64,000 bases of DNA from Felis catus (Eukaryota), in assembly GCF_018350175.1 (NCBI RefSeq), contig NC_058370.1:127968001-128032000 (forward strand), written 5' to 3'. The notes below the pieces were generated by a model, which did no database searches, was not told the origin of the DNA, and saw only the letters and a list, made by a program, of their open reading frames with translations. Of this stretch, positions 36,296 to 48,830 are shown in pieces. The position numbers and the translations under genes are program-made. Each line of letters starts with the position of its first letter. The stretch's first letter is position 1.

Positions 36296-38309
36296 CCTAA
36301 ACTGTTGGATGGTAGATAATATCAGTAGCAAACAAAGTGGAAGAATAATTATTATCACTGTTGGGAGAAAGGTGATGAATGAGCCTCTTCGCATACACGT
36401 AGCACAGGGACAAGGGGAAACTGCCCAGTGACTTCTTGTATTTATGGCTGAAAACCATGCTACCAGACAAAAGCTTGTTTTTGTTTTTGTTTGTGTTTTT
36501 TTCTTGTTGGTAATGATTGCTTTGTGGACTGTGATACAGAGATCCAGCCCGCAAAGAACTAACCACAGGTGCCACGAGAAATGGCACGGTCAGATAAAAA
36601 TAAAAGTTTACACCTGAGTGTCAACTCAGCCATAATTTATCCAAAGCTGGAGGTCAGGAGTACCTCTCCCGACCTTGAGTCAAGATTTGAGGAGACGGTG
36701 AAACTGTGGTCAGTCTGCTTTCTCCTGCTTAGTAAGAATCTGGCTATGTAGGAAAGAGGTACTCATTCAAGCTTTGAAATAAGTGATCTTATTAAGATGT
36801 GTCTGCACAACACAGATAATACAAGATAACTTCCATTAGTCCAAAGAGCTTCCTCAAGTGAGTTATATCTTGGCAATATTTTCAACTCTTAGACCTATCA
36901 CTTCTGGGTCAGGATATCATGCATGCACGTGTCTGTGTCTGTGTTGAGAATAAGATACAAGATTTCCTAATAAGGCTGGATCTGGGTGCAACTTTGAATG
37001 ATTTCTTCATGATTTTCTTTACTGCTCTGAGAAACTGATGCTGTGATATTTTAAAACTGCATCTTCATGCAATATCAGTGGAATAAATACCTTTCGAAGC
37101 TAAATACTACCAAAGAGCTGTTAAATCCTTGGCAAGTCGCAACATCGAGCCTACCAGAAACATCCATCTGACTGGTATGAAAAGGGGCTGGGTACAAAAT
37201 TACTGTTTATCATTGTTTCTTGTTCTACCTTGAGACCAGTTGCCAGGGAAACACCCGTTAGAGAAGGCTGCTCTGTATCCTCTAAGCTCCACACAGTGCT
37301 TGGTGCACCAAAGTCACTCATAAACATATCATTAAATACACAAGTGAATGGACCATACAGAGGATCCAGCTCTAATATTCTGTAATAACATGATCACGAA
37401 ATAAAATGTTTTCCATTTTTTTCAACATTTCTCGTCTTCACATCCTATTTAAAATCTCCTTGCTGCTCTCCCTTCTCTCTGATTCCCCGGCTTTGCTTCC
37501 AAAGCAAAGTTATCCATCATCTTTTCAGCCACCCATGTGGAGCAAGCAAGGAATTTCCCCCCTAGGAAGGCCCCTGTTAGCTGTGCGATCTGAGAACCAC
37601 TCCCAGTGCCTCTCAGAGTTGGCAGGTACTCCCTTCCCAACACACACTAGGCTCACAACAGGTACTCAGTCATTTGTTCGTGCTGTTGCAAGCTATGAAG
37701 GTGGGTTGTTTGGATTTTTTATCCTTAGCTCTGGTCTCGTTAGAGTTTTGAGGGGTCGAAGGGAGAATCTTATTCTCAATGAATTGATGAATCGATACTT
37801 ATAATCATCGAACTCTTCTTAAAATACTGACAATCTGCTTTGTAACCTGTCCTAGAAGTCCGCAGCAAATCAACTCAAGTCTCCCCCGTCTACAGCTTCC
37901 AGAATCCTGATTTTGTACATTGTGAAAAAATTATAGTATTGACTATTTCCCAGTGTTTAAACAAAACTCCAGCTCTTGGAATTTGAGACAGATGACAACA
38001 GGGGCTCAGAACAAAATCTCTAGCATCTTTGTAACCCTACAGAACAGAAGGCAGTTGAGCCTGGATTCTTTAAATCATTCACAGTGACTGTGAGTGCTTG
38101 TATCAGGGCCAGTTCCAAAGACCAGAACTAGAAACATATATGGGTCTCATTATTCTGGACAGGTAAAGGCTCCAGGACGGGTCCACTCGCGCAAACAAAA
38201 GTAAGAAGAAGGGAATAAGCCTTTGAAATTTGCTAGTCTTAGAGGAAAAAGGGAACATCCGGGGATTTTTCTCCAGGGAAACACTCACCTTGTCATCTGG
38301 AATTCTCAT

Positions 38310-38600
38310 AATTAGACTCAGTTCTTCTCCCTTCAATCCAACTTTCAAAGATCAATAGGATTTTTCTAAAGCATGGACTGATCATTTTAACCCTTCCTTA
38401 AAATATTTTGATGGCTTATTATTATTGACAAAATAGGTCAAATGCAAATCCCTTACCAAGGCATAAAATGTCCCCCATAGCTGAGAGCCGATCTCACTTC
38501 TCTGTGCTGGTTCATGTGGTTTCCTTGGTCCTTGCTGTCAGCCATCTTGCTGAGTCCTAGTGGTCCCTCAGAACTGAGCACAGGTGTCTTTTCCTATAAG
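38310..38600 (+). mobile_element. L2 fragment
   Basis: gatttttctaaagcatggactgatcattttaacccttccttaaaatatttt...caaatcccttaccaaggcataaa. Confidence 0.75.
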
Positions 38601-38926
38601 AGGTCTTCTCTGGCTCGCTGAGCATGGTGAGATCCCTCCTTTGAGCTCCCAGACAGCGCTGTGCTCACCTGGACACACAGCCCGGACATTCCCAAGGACT
38701 GGAGTCTGAGACCATCATAACCTCCCAAATTTCTAAATACCATTGTAGCATACCGTTTCCCCACACCCACAAAATGCTGTAAAAATGACCCTGTACTTGT
38801 TACCACATACATGATGACAAGTGATGATTTTCTCACTTATTGGAGGACAGATGTTTGACAGGTGACCTGGTCACTTGCCAGCCTGCTGACATTCCCTTTT
38901 GCCATTCACACATGCATGATTCAGGC

Positions 38927-39406
38927 TGTATCCTATAGTGGGTTCCTTTTACTGCTGTCACAAATTATCACAAACTTAGTGGCTTAAAATGCCACAAAAG
39001 TAGGAACTCACAGTTCTGGAGGTCAGAGACCCAACATGGGAGCCACTGGACTAAAATGAAAGTGTAGGGCTGGGTTCCTTCTGGAGACTCAAGGAGAAAA
39101 TCCATTTCCTTGGCTTTTCCAGCTTCCAGAAACTTCTTACATCACTTGGTCTTTCATCACTCTGACCTCTTCCACAATCATGTCTCCTGTTCTGACTTGG
39201 ACCCTCTTCTCTTCCCCTTTCATTTACAAGGACCTTTTGTGATTGCACTGAGCTGACTCAGATTATCTAGAATCCCCCCCCCCCCATCTTGAGATCTTTA
39301 ACTTAGTGCCATCTGCAAAGCGCCTTTCGCCATGTTGGGTAAAATGTTCTCAGAATCCAGGAATTACTATGTGGTCATTGAGGGGGCCGTTACACTGTCT
39401 ACCACA
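38927..39406 (-). mobile_element. MLT1 (MaLR) solo LTR, about full length, MLT1C/D-like
   Basis: tgta...ctgctgtcacaaattatcacaaacttagtggcttaaa...cagttctggaggtcaga...ttttccagcttccaga...ggggccgttacactgtctaccaca. Confidence 0.92.
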
Positions 39407-40475
39407 TGCCCCAATACGTTGCAAGAAAGTTTATATTATGAGCCTTTGGGTTTTCCAGTAATAATTGAAACCACTAGTGATAAAACCAAGACTTCAGGAA
39501 GGATATCTCTTGCCCTTCTCAGTAACGGGCACCTAGAGGTCAAGGCCCATGTCTTCGTCACGTCTGCATTCCTGGCTCACAGATGTGTTCTATGAATGTT
39601 CATTGAGATGAGACTCTTACCTTTACTGGGAACAAGAGCCCTACAAGTTCATTTGGGGAAACTCCAAAATTTGGCTAAGGAATGACCTATGTGATCCCTT
39701 TCCAAGCACTAAACACAATTAGATATGCTTTCATTTCTACACTATATTTAGCACTCCCTCCCTCGTTGTGATCAGACCAGAGTCTCTTACCCTGCCTGCT
39801 GAATGGGTCCCTGTTTCAACCCTTCAGCTTCCGCTCCTGGGCAGGGCGACGACTGCACGTGGCAATTACAATAACAGCCCCAGCAGAGGACCCGCAAGGC
39901 TCGGGAGCACCTGCCATCTGGAGCCATCTTGGGCTTGCAGCAAAGGCTGCGTCACCATCACCGCAGCTTGGTCAGAGCCGCCCGTCTCTCCTCAGCCCTG
40001 CAGCCTCAAAGCCCCCACCTGCAGAGGGAGCGCGGGTACAACGCTCTAGCCAGGCTACATGATGCGTCTGGAGGAGGGCCTGGCTCTTAGAAGGCGCTCA
40101 GTTAAGTACGTGCTCCTGGCCTCAAAATCGCAGCTTATTTGGTCCCCCTCACCTCAGAGGGCACACTGAGGTGTGGATTTTACCCAGGGAGGAAGACCTC
40201 AGGGATCACATCTCTCGTGCTTTGGCTTCAGGCGCTGCAGGACTCCAGCTGACCCGGAGAGCGTCGCACCGTGTGAGGCCTGCCTGTCCCATTTCCGCGG
40301 TCCCAGGCTCTCAGCAGTGTCACCAAGCAAGCTCCCACTGAGGCCACTGTGTGGAGGCCTCACCCCTCTAGGCATGCTTTGCATACCACCCCTCCTTCTG
40401 CGGTATGTGACAGAATCTCTCCGCCGTGGGGCCTTCCGATACACGTGTGCAGGAGTGCGATCTGGCCCACACCAT

Positions 40476-41240
40476 CTGGGGACCCGGAATCACATCCCGG
40501 AGACCTGGTTTCCTCACCTGTAAACTGGAGATAATAATAAGTGCCTGAAAGGGGCGATGCACAGAATAAATAAGGTGGCAGGAATCAACAGCCAAGTGTG
40601 TTACCTAACACATGGCAAGTGTTCGATAAATGGGAGAGCCGTTCCTATCACTGCGATTGTCATTATTCCTTCCGTCCACATCGTTCTACTTTGGTGTTTC
40701 ACTCGGAGACGGGAGCCTGGATCATCAGAGAGGTAATTCAAGGAAGTCACTGCAGGGCAGGCCCCTCGCCACCTCCTCCCAGGCAGCGCCCTGGTGACGG
40801 CAGCAACCTTCTTGACTTATTACTCGTCAGAGCTAATCTCTGTAAGAGTGGGATTAGCCGTGTCCTTGCCCTCTCACCGCTGGGCCATATGCTCCTCAAT
40901 GACAGCTGTTTGACAGCCTTTGCTGGGGGAACGCGGTCTTTTCAACCCAAATTTGATAAACGTACATTTCTTCTGTCTGTCCTACTTTCGGCCATCTGTC
41001 ACTGTGGCATGGTGCCTTCCCTGGACCGGCAAGATGCTGAAATCGGACCACCAAGGAAGCTTCAAAGACAACGCTGCCATCAGCGAGCCCTGGTGGGGAG
41101 GGAGGCTCCTCGGGACCCAAGCGAGCCAGGGCTTGGGCTGCTGGGCCCTCACTTGCAGGAACAAGACCTGGGGACCCGGAATCACATCCCGGAGATCTGT
41201 TTTCCTCATCTGTAAACTGGAGATAATAATAATAAGTGCC
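40476..41240 (+). repeat. Dispersed ~70-bp direct duplication of a MIR-derived segment (40476-40545 and 41168-41240)
   Basis: ctggggacccggaatcacatcccggaga is identical in both copies; the remainder differs by 3 substitutions and one extra TAA. Confidence 0.92.
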
Positions 41241-41331
41241 GTCTTGCCGGAAGAACCTGGCCTCCATAGCAAGCTCCATCACCAGATCAGGCACCCCTTT
41301 GGCCCAAGAGATGGCCACAGAGCGCTATAAA

Positions 41332-41500
41332 GCAGTGCTTCTCAAACACGCGGACGCTTACACATTTCTGGGAACCCTGTTCAAGTGAGGATTCCAGTTG
41401 CTGGGTCCGGGGTGGGGTCTGTGACTCTGCATTCCTAATAAGCTCCCAGGTGACGCCCTTCCCACAGATAGCCTCTTACTAAGAGGCCGCTTTGCGAATG
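41332..41500 (+). mobile_element. MER5A-type MITE
   Basis: cagtgcttctcaaac...gggtccggggtggggtctgtgactctgcattcctaataagctcccaggtgacg. Confidence 0.8.
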
Positions 41501-43888
41501 AGATCCCCTTACTGACGGAGATATCCAGAAGGCACTGAGAGCCCAAGCCGGCAAAGGGCCCCCTGACTGAGCTTCCCTGGACCTCCCTCGCCGTCCCAGC
41601 TCGCAGTCACCGACCACAGGGTGTAGACACCGCCAAGTCAGACAGGGCCAAACAAAGAACCTGATGGCCATGTTCTCTTTTAGAGCATCGAACACGGGTT
41701 GAGAGGATCACACCGGAAACAGGAAGTTAGAAGAATGGTATGTGTTACAACACCCTTGCCTGCTCGGGGCCTGTGGAACGTAAAGGGTTAGGACGGGGTC
41801 ACTGGGTTGTGGGAGCAGAGGCAAGGAAGGCTAGACGCTCCAAAGGAGAAACCCCAGAACCCCGAAGACGGAACTTACCCCCTGTCCACGTAGCCTCAGG
41901 CTCCGGAGCAGTCCGTTGGGAGGCTACCTGAAGGTGCTTCCTTTCAAGGCAGCAGGAAAGTGTACGTACTTGTCTGGAAGCAGATAATATGAGCAATTTC
42001 CCAAATCGACTCTGGCAACCCAGAATTTCGGTGGAGATGTCAGACGGTGACATCAATCCCCCCAAATTGCTTTTGAAGATGGAATGCCCAAGATCTCATA
42101 ATTCTTCTTTAATTGTTAAGGAACTAATTAAACCCATGGCATCTCTGTTAACTGAGTTTTATTATGTTAATTTCACTACCGGACAAGCTAAGTCAGGCAT
42201 CTGTGAACTCCACTGCGGGCTTCTGGCTCCTGACAAAAGGCGTTAATGATATTTTCAACAAACACAGCGCCTGTACCCGCAGAATCCCAAGCGATTTACC
42301 AACAGTTTCTTGCCAGTTCCCACAGGGCCGAGACCTGGCGGCTGGGCATCACCTTTTTGGCCTGGTTCAAAGCAGCCCTCCCCACTGAGCGCCTATGCAC
42401 ACACGTGTGCCTGGGCAGGTACGCGCGTGTGCCTCACGGCACAAAGCAAACGTGGACTGCCAGCCCAGGTGGAGATAAACGGACGGACGTACAATTTGCA
42501 ACCTTGTTTCTATTTCTATTGAAGTTGTTATTGGTTCCTGTATTTTAATTGAAGCACGAGCCTTAATTGTGGCCATGTGGTGACCCTCGGCACGGGATCC
42601 TGTACATCCCGTCGGGTCTGTCTGTTTTTCCCGCACAACCCCAGGAGGACTCAGGCTCAGGCACCTGTGTATGGGTGCTGACCCATCTCATTCATAACAG
42701 GGACGCCTCACCCAGTAGCTCACGTCCTGATGCAGGGGGAATCTACAAGAATGGGATGGTGTAAGGCTCCTGTACACCCCTGTCCCCTGCCATCCTCCAA
42801 TGCGTGGCTCTCTCGGATGCCACTCCCTGAACTGACCGATACTTTAAGAGCCAGAGAGGTTACCTGGCTCACCAGGCATGTGGCAAAGTCCGAACGAAAA
42901 CCCTTATCCCCTGACCTCTAGTTCCCTAGAATAGTGGCACGGAATGGAGGTAGAAATCGTAAAAATCTTCACTTCCTGCTTTCTCCTTATAGAGGAAGAA
43001 ACTGTGGGCTTCAAGGGAAAGTGCTTGTTTAAGAATGGGTAGAGTCGTCCGTTCCTGGCAATGCTGGAGTCAGGCCCCCTTCCTGCCAACCCAGAGTTCA
43101 TTCAGCAAACATCCTCCAAGACATACTAAGTGTACTTCCAGGAATTCAAAGCCACCCTTACCTAGCCTGTCAGATCTGGGGGCGGGTGGGTTCCTCCAGG
43201 CGAGAGGCAGTCCTCGTCAACAGCGAGCCCACGGGCCCTGGGGGAAGAGACCCTGGCAGCTGAGTCCCTAGACCCTCATGAGTGCAAAGCAGGTAAGAAC
43301 AGGCCACACAGGACCTGCTCACGAGACATGCAACAGGAAGACCGAGGCCCCATACTCAGAGAAACCTTTCGTATTTCCTTCAGGAAAAAAACCTCTAACC
43401 CACACCTACCCCTTCCTCTTTTTCAACCAAAATAAAACCAGAAAGAGTCCCCAGATTTAAGACCCTCTTAAATTTGGCCACCCCTTTATTTTTCTGAAAC
43501 GTGTTTCTTTGCCTCAAAGTAAAAACAAAACCAAACAGAATAAGGAAAGGAGAGAAAAAAAAAAAAAAGGTGCCATGGCCCTCATCTCCTCAGGCCCTTG
43601 TTCTTCGTGGAACGAATCCCTCATGAATTATGTACTTTTGCCGTCTGCGACCCAAGGCCCTCTGGTCTCTGAGCTCTCCAGGCTCACGGTGTGGCCTCAG
43701 CTCCAGAAAAGTCACCGGCGCCATTCCGAGGGGGAGGGAGTCGAGTCCAGCCACAACCCACCCCGATCCCGCCTGCAAGCTTTGCAGGGAGATGTCACTA
43801 GTCCTCAAACCTTCAGTCCGGTTTCCAGAGAAGGGAGGAACCACAGTTCCAAGCAAGCCAAAGGAAAAAAGGGGGAGTACCCCAGTCT

Positions 43889-43904
43889 CCAGAAGGTGGC
43901 GCTA
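43889..43904 (+). promoter_or_regulatory. Candidate CTCF site
   Basis: CCAGAAGGTGGCGCTA, one mismatch to CCASYAGRKGGCRCT. Confidence 0.35.
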
Positions 43905-45948
43905 CACCTTAAGACAGACTAGCCAGAAGGGGTGAAGCCTCCAGGAGACAGACAGACCATGGGATTTCAGAGCTGGGAGTCTGTCTAGAGATGAAACGAA
44001 ATAAAACAAAGTCAGAGCTGGCTGGAAAGAGCCTAAAATATCTTTTTAGAATAATCCCGTGTCACTGATGGGGAAACCGAGGCCTAGAGAGGGACCAAGA
44101 TTGGTCCACAATCGTACGGACCAGGAGGTAGAACTCACAATCTATCAGCCCCGTGTGCTCTACAAAAGGCTGCCTGCTTTTTGGCAGAGATGAGATCAGA
44201 AAATAAAAACAGGGATTGGCTTGCCATAGAGAAACCAGGTTTAGGAACTGACTCTCCAGCAACGGGGAAGGACCCACAGTCCCTCCCTGGGGGAGGGATC
44301 ATGGAGACTCCCCGCCCCAGAGCAGAGAGGAGACTATAGAGGGTCCAGTCTCCCCGGTAGCAACACTGCTCCTCCTGGCGAGTCTCGAGAGTAAAACAAA
44401 ATAAAGCTCGGCCACTCGCTCGCTGGCTCTGTGATAGATGTTTCACTCAACATCTCAGAGCCTGGATATCTTCACCCGTAAGGTGGCATAAAAACATCTC
44501 CCACTCAGAATCACTTTTGAGAATCAAAGATCCTAATGGAAAGTGTCTCGCTTAATGCCTGGGATAGAGTAAGTTCTCATGATAGAAATTTCCCTTCTCT
44601 TCTGAACTATACCTCAAGGAACATTCCCCTGGGAAGTATCACAAACATGGATCGGAAATGCCCACCCAGAGGGGGCTGGAGAGGACGGCTCTGCTCTTAT
44701 GACGTGGCTCATTGCCAGGGACCCCAGACACGGCAGGGCGGGGTCGCAGGATGGATGGCAGGAAGAGGAGGAGGGAAGGGCAGAGTCCGTCCTACGGGAT
44801 CAGCGGAGAGAGAGACACTGACAGGGTTGCCAAGCCTTCCTGTCTCCTGTTGAAAGCTCATCCGTAGAGAAATACTTCCCTGGCCAAGAACCACCAAACG
44901 TCTACAGGCATCTGCACGCACGCGTGCACAGCGCACATGTATGTGCACACACTCACACAGAGTTGCACGGAGAGCATGATGTGGTCATCGGAGCGCCAGC
45001 CCAGGAGAGCGAGGCTTTCATGGCGGGCTCAGATCCCGCAGGGAACCACATTGTAACTGCCTTCCCACCCGAGCAGCTGACTTGCTCTTTTCAGTCCCTG
45101 ACTCTCATTCAGGGCCTGCAGGAGCCGGGAAGCATTATCACCATCCTCTCCACAGACAAAAGGCCGAAGCTTTTAAAGGGCCTCCTTGGGACCACACAGG
45201 AAGGCAGCCCACTGCGTAAGGTGAGGCCCACGGCCAGTGGACAGGGCCCAGGCTCCACCCGGTTTCTCCTCCTGGTTCCAAGAATAGCTCCCCACTACGA
45301 CTGAGCCTCAGTGCTGGGCCGAGAGATGAGGGGGCAGAACAGATCCCGCCGAGGTCACTCCCAGCTCTATGACCCTCTGGCTTCTGGATTCATTCTAACC
45401 GGTCCCTTTGCCTCTTCTGAGGAAAGATGTCCTCAGGATCTCTCTAATGCGCCATTATCTAAACTAGATAGAATACGTTTTAGAAAGGCAAGAGTTTCTG
45501 GGCCATCTTTTAAGGACACCAGGTGAGCAGGCGACAGAGGGCACCTATGGGGGGGGGGGGAACTGACTCCCGTCCCTTCCCACCCGGCCACCACCACTCC
45601 GGTTCATAAAGTTCCAGGATTCTGCGGAGGTTTTACCAATAGCACTCACTCAATATTCCTGCTGTTACAATTGGCTGATAAATGATATACTGCTCATTAA
45701 GCACCCAGCTTTGCCCCTATTATGTAGTCAGAGAAATACCAGCTCCCTGACGACGAGCCTGTGTGAGACTCTTCTCTGGGCGGCTGCAACATTTCACCCA
45801 TAGCTGGCTGAATATGGAGGCGGTGACATGTCCCAAGTTGGATCGCCAAGCCCTAATCCTTTCTTCCCATCTGCCAGTGGGCAGGTAATTCCATCCCCAG
45901 GGACTGCGGTTCCTCCACAGAAAGCGTAGGGTGAGGATATTACCTTTC

Positions 45949-46271
45949 CAGATCTTCCTTGACTTCCAGTGGGGTTATGTCCCAATAAACCTATCCAAAG
46001 CTGGAAATATCAGAAGTCATCCAATGCATTTAACACACCAAACCTACCGAACATCATAGCTCAGCCCACGCTGCCTTAAATTTGCCGTTGGGTAAAATCA
46101 TCACCGCCTTCGCCCAGGGTCATGAGGGGGTAATAAACTGCAATATCGCTAGCCCAGGAAAAGAGCCAAATTCAAAATTCAAAGTATGGTTTCTACTGAT
46201 TGTGTGTTGCTTTCACACCACGGTAATGTCAAAAAATCTTAAGTTGAACCACGTAAGTCTGGGCATGTCTA
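45949..46271 (+). mobile_element. MER47B/Tigger5-type TcMar-Tigger element
   Basis: cagatcttccttgactt...ggggttatgtcccaataaacc...aacctaccgaacatcatagc...atcgctagcccaggaaaag...aattcaaaattcaaagtatggtttctactga...taagttgaacca. Confidence 0.88.
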
Positions 46272-46844
46272 TACAAATACAGCCCGTATGAAATACAGGG
46301 ACTGGTTTGTAAAAAGTACTTAGTAAAGGTTAACTAAGATTATCAGGGGTTTTAACTTGCATTTAATTGTTTGCAGTGTACCTACTATGCGCAGGTACAG
46401 TAGAGATTCTCCAACCACAGGGGAGGCGCTGTGACCTCCCACAGGCTGTGTGACAGAGGAGGAGGGGAGGCTGTCACAGTAGATGCTGAGTAAAGACAGA
46501 CCTCATACTGCCCTTCTCCCTCATGCCTGTCAAGAACGCATCTCCGATTTGCAGCGTTCCATATGTGGGCACGTTAGTACGGTTACCATAGTTTGTGCTT
46601 AGACTTCTGTAAACCCTTCTGAACTCTGTGCTAACTGACTTCTCTATTCCTGAAGGTCCAGACACTTCTTGAAGACACTTGTGACCCATGTTAGTTCTGA
46701 GAAGAATCCTCCTCTTGATTATGCTTTCAGAAACCATTTATGGTGTCCCCACTGCATCATAATAGCTAGGCAGGCTTTGAAAAAGGCATAGAGATGACTG
46801 ATGCATGGTCCTGGCCCTCAAAAAGTCTGCACTCCTCTAAAGCA

Positions 46845-47400
46845 TTCATTCTTTCCAAAAGCATTTATTGAGCACCTATTGAGCTGGGCATGTGTGTAGC
46901 AAGATGGGTTGAGTGTCTTTCCCCTGGAGCTTACAGTCAACTGGGAGACGGCACGTAAGCAAAGAATGACAACCATGATGAGGAGAGAGTGCCAGGCTTC
47001 ACGGATGTGTAGATGAGACAACAGGTTAGTGACAACAAAGGGAGATAAGTGTTGTGAGAAAGAGTGGCGTGGACGCTGCTGGAACACAGCTCTTGTTAGG
47101 GGGCTCGGGAAGGCTTCACCGATAAGAGAAACAACGTACCACTGTTGTTAAAACCACGCATTCTAGACTCAAGCACCTGGCTTGCCATACCAGGTCTGAC
47201 ACTTACTAGCTCTTTGAGCTGACTTGAGCAAGAACTCAGTCTTTCGAAGCCTCTGTTTCCCCATCTGCTACAATGGGAATAAATCAATCGCCAACGTATA
47301 ACACTGATATGGGGGACTGAATGGGATAATTCATGGGAAATGCATAGCCCTGTGCCTGCTCGCATAGAAAAGCACTCAATAAATGTTCACCTTCATCATT
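46845..47400. mobile_element. L2 3' end (-, 46845-47125) adjoining a MIR (+, 47145-47400)
   Basis: cattcattc...gcatttattgagcacctat...ccctggagcttacagtc; gcctctgtttccccatctg...agcactcaataaatg. Confidence 0.8.
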
Positions 47401-48074
47401 TTTATTGAGTGACATGTGAAATGAAAGAATGGCCTGCCAGGAAGTGATAATAGAGAAAAGCATCCCAAACTCTGCCCTCCATGGGATCCCTGGCCTTGGG
47501 CAGACTATTCCTTTCCCTGGGCCTTAATTTTCCCATTCGTGAAATAAGTGGGTTCATTACTTATCACTGACATCTCTCTGCTATAAAATGCCCTGACTCT
47601 GTCATGCTCCGGCTTTTTGAAGCCTACGACCACACAGAATAAGCCACTCTTTTTACACGGCTTCCTACTTCCTACATTTATGCAGACCACGGCCAAAGCC
47701 ATGTTCTTAGTAATACCAAAGCTGCCAACGTCAAATGTCTGACACAACGTGGCGAGGGTGCAATGTTACCCACGAGCCACTGGTGTGCTAATGGAACACT
47801 TCTGTCTACGGTTATGTTCAGTCTCAGTCTGGATCTTCACTGCTGACTCTCTCCCCACTAAAAATACAGGTGCCCGACAGAAGTGATGACAGAACCATCA
47901 TAATATACATTCAGATGCATGAGGCATGTGGTTTCAATATGTCCCATTGTGCTCGTGACATCGCGGTCGATACTTTATTGTCCGCCTGTCAACAGAATCT
48001 TTGCTCCAGAGTTCTGGCCAAGTGGCCGAAACCATGCAAGTTCAACTAGATGTTGAATTTTTGCTCTGTGGCTT

Positions 48075-48724
48075 CTCCTCACTAGGAAAAAAGGCTTTCT
48101 CCTTGTTTTCTATCTCGTTTAATAGCATCACTATCACCTAAAACAGAAGCTGGGAGTCATCCCAGACTTCTTGTCCTCATACTCAATAATGAACCAGTAG
48201 CCAAGGGCTATACGTTCTACCTCCGTGACACCTTTCAGATGAGTCGAATGCAGTTTAGCCCCATTGCCACCTCCCGGCTCAGACACCCATCATTTCCTTG
48301 CTCAGAATTTTGCAATAAAATTGGTTTACTGTTCTCCACCGGCTCCCCCGACTCTCCTGTTTCAGGCGCGTTCTTTCTAAAATACAAATAGGAATGCCTG
48401 TGTTAGTTTCCTACCCAATAACTTTGCAATTAACTCCCCGTTCGCTAGTGGTTCTCAAACTTGAACGGGCATCTGAGTCACCTCGAGGGCTTGAAAAAGC
48501 ACACCTTATTAAGCCCACACCCAGAGTTTCTGATACAATAGCCTCAGGATGGGGCCTGGGAATTTGCATTTGGAGGGACTCTCCAGATAAGGCTAATGCA
48601 GCTGTCCAGGGACCACGCTTTCGTAACACTGCCCTACACTCTAAGATGTAAAAGCCCTAGCCCGGCACTCAGGATCGTTGACAATCCATAAACAGCATGG
48701 TTTCTCCATCTTATACAAGTGTTG

Positions 48725-48771
<47 letters not shown>

Positions 48772-48830
48772 TTCCTTGTGACTACCAAAGCCAAACATCC
48801 TTGTAGAACAGAGACTTTCTGGTTGGCACA
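48075..48830 (+). mobile_element. L2 fragment split by MER5A (48447-48630) and a (CA)n tract (48726-48767)
   Basis: L2 gctgggagtcatccc...; MER5A agtggttctcaaacttgaacgggcatctgagtcacct...gggaccacgctttcgtaacactg; about 21 CA units. Confidence 0.8.

Noticed and set aside
38283-38345. Minus-strand AAG|GTGAGT donor with a short open frame
   Set aside because: Upstream sequence is L2-derived with no pyrimidine tract; within chance expectation.
40598-41330. Overlapping ORFs of 205, 140 and 136 aa
   Set aside because: They start or end in MIR-derived sequence, are open on both strands and show no protein motif.
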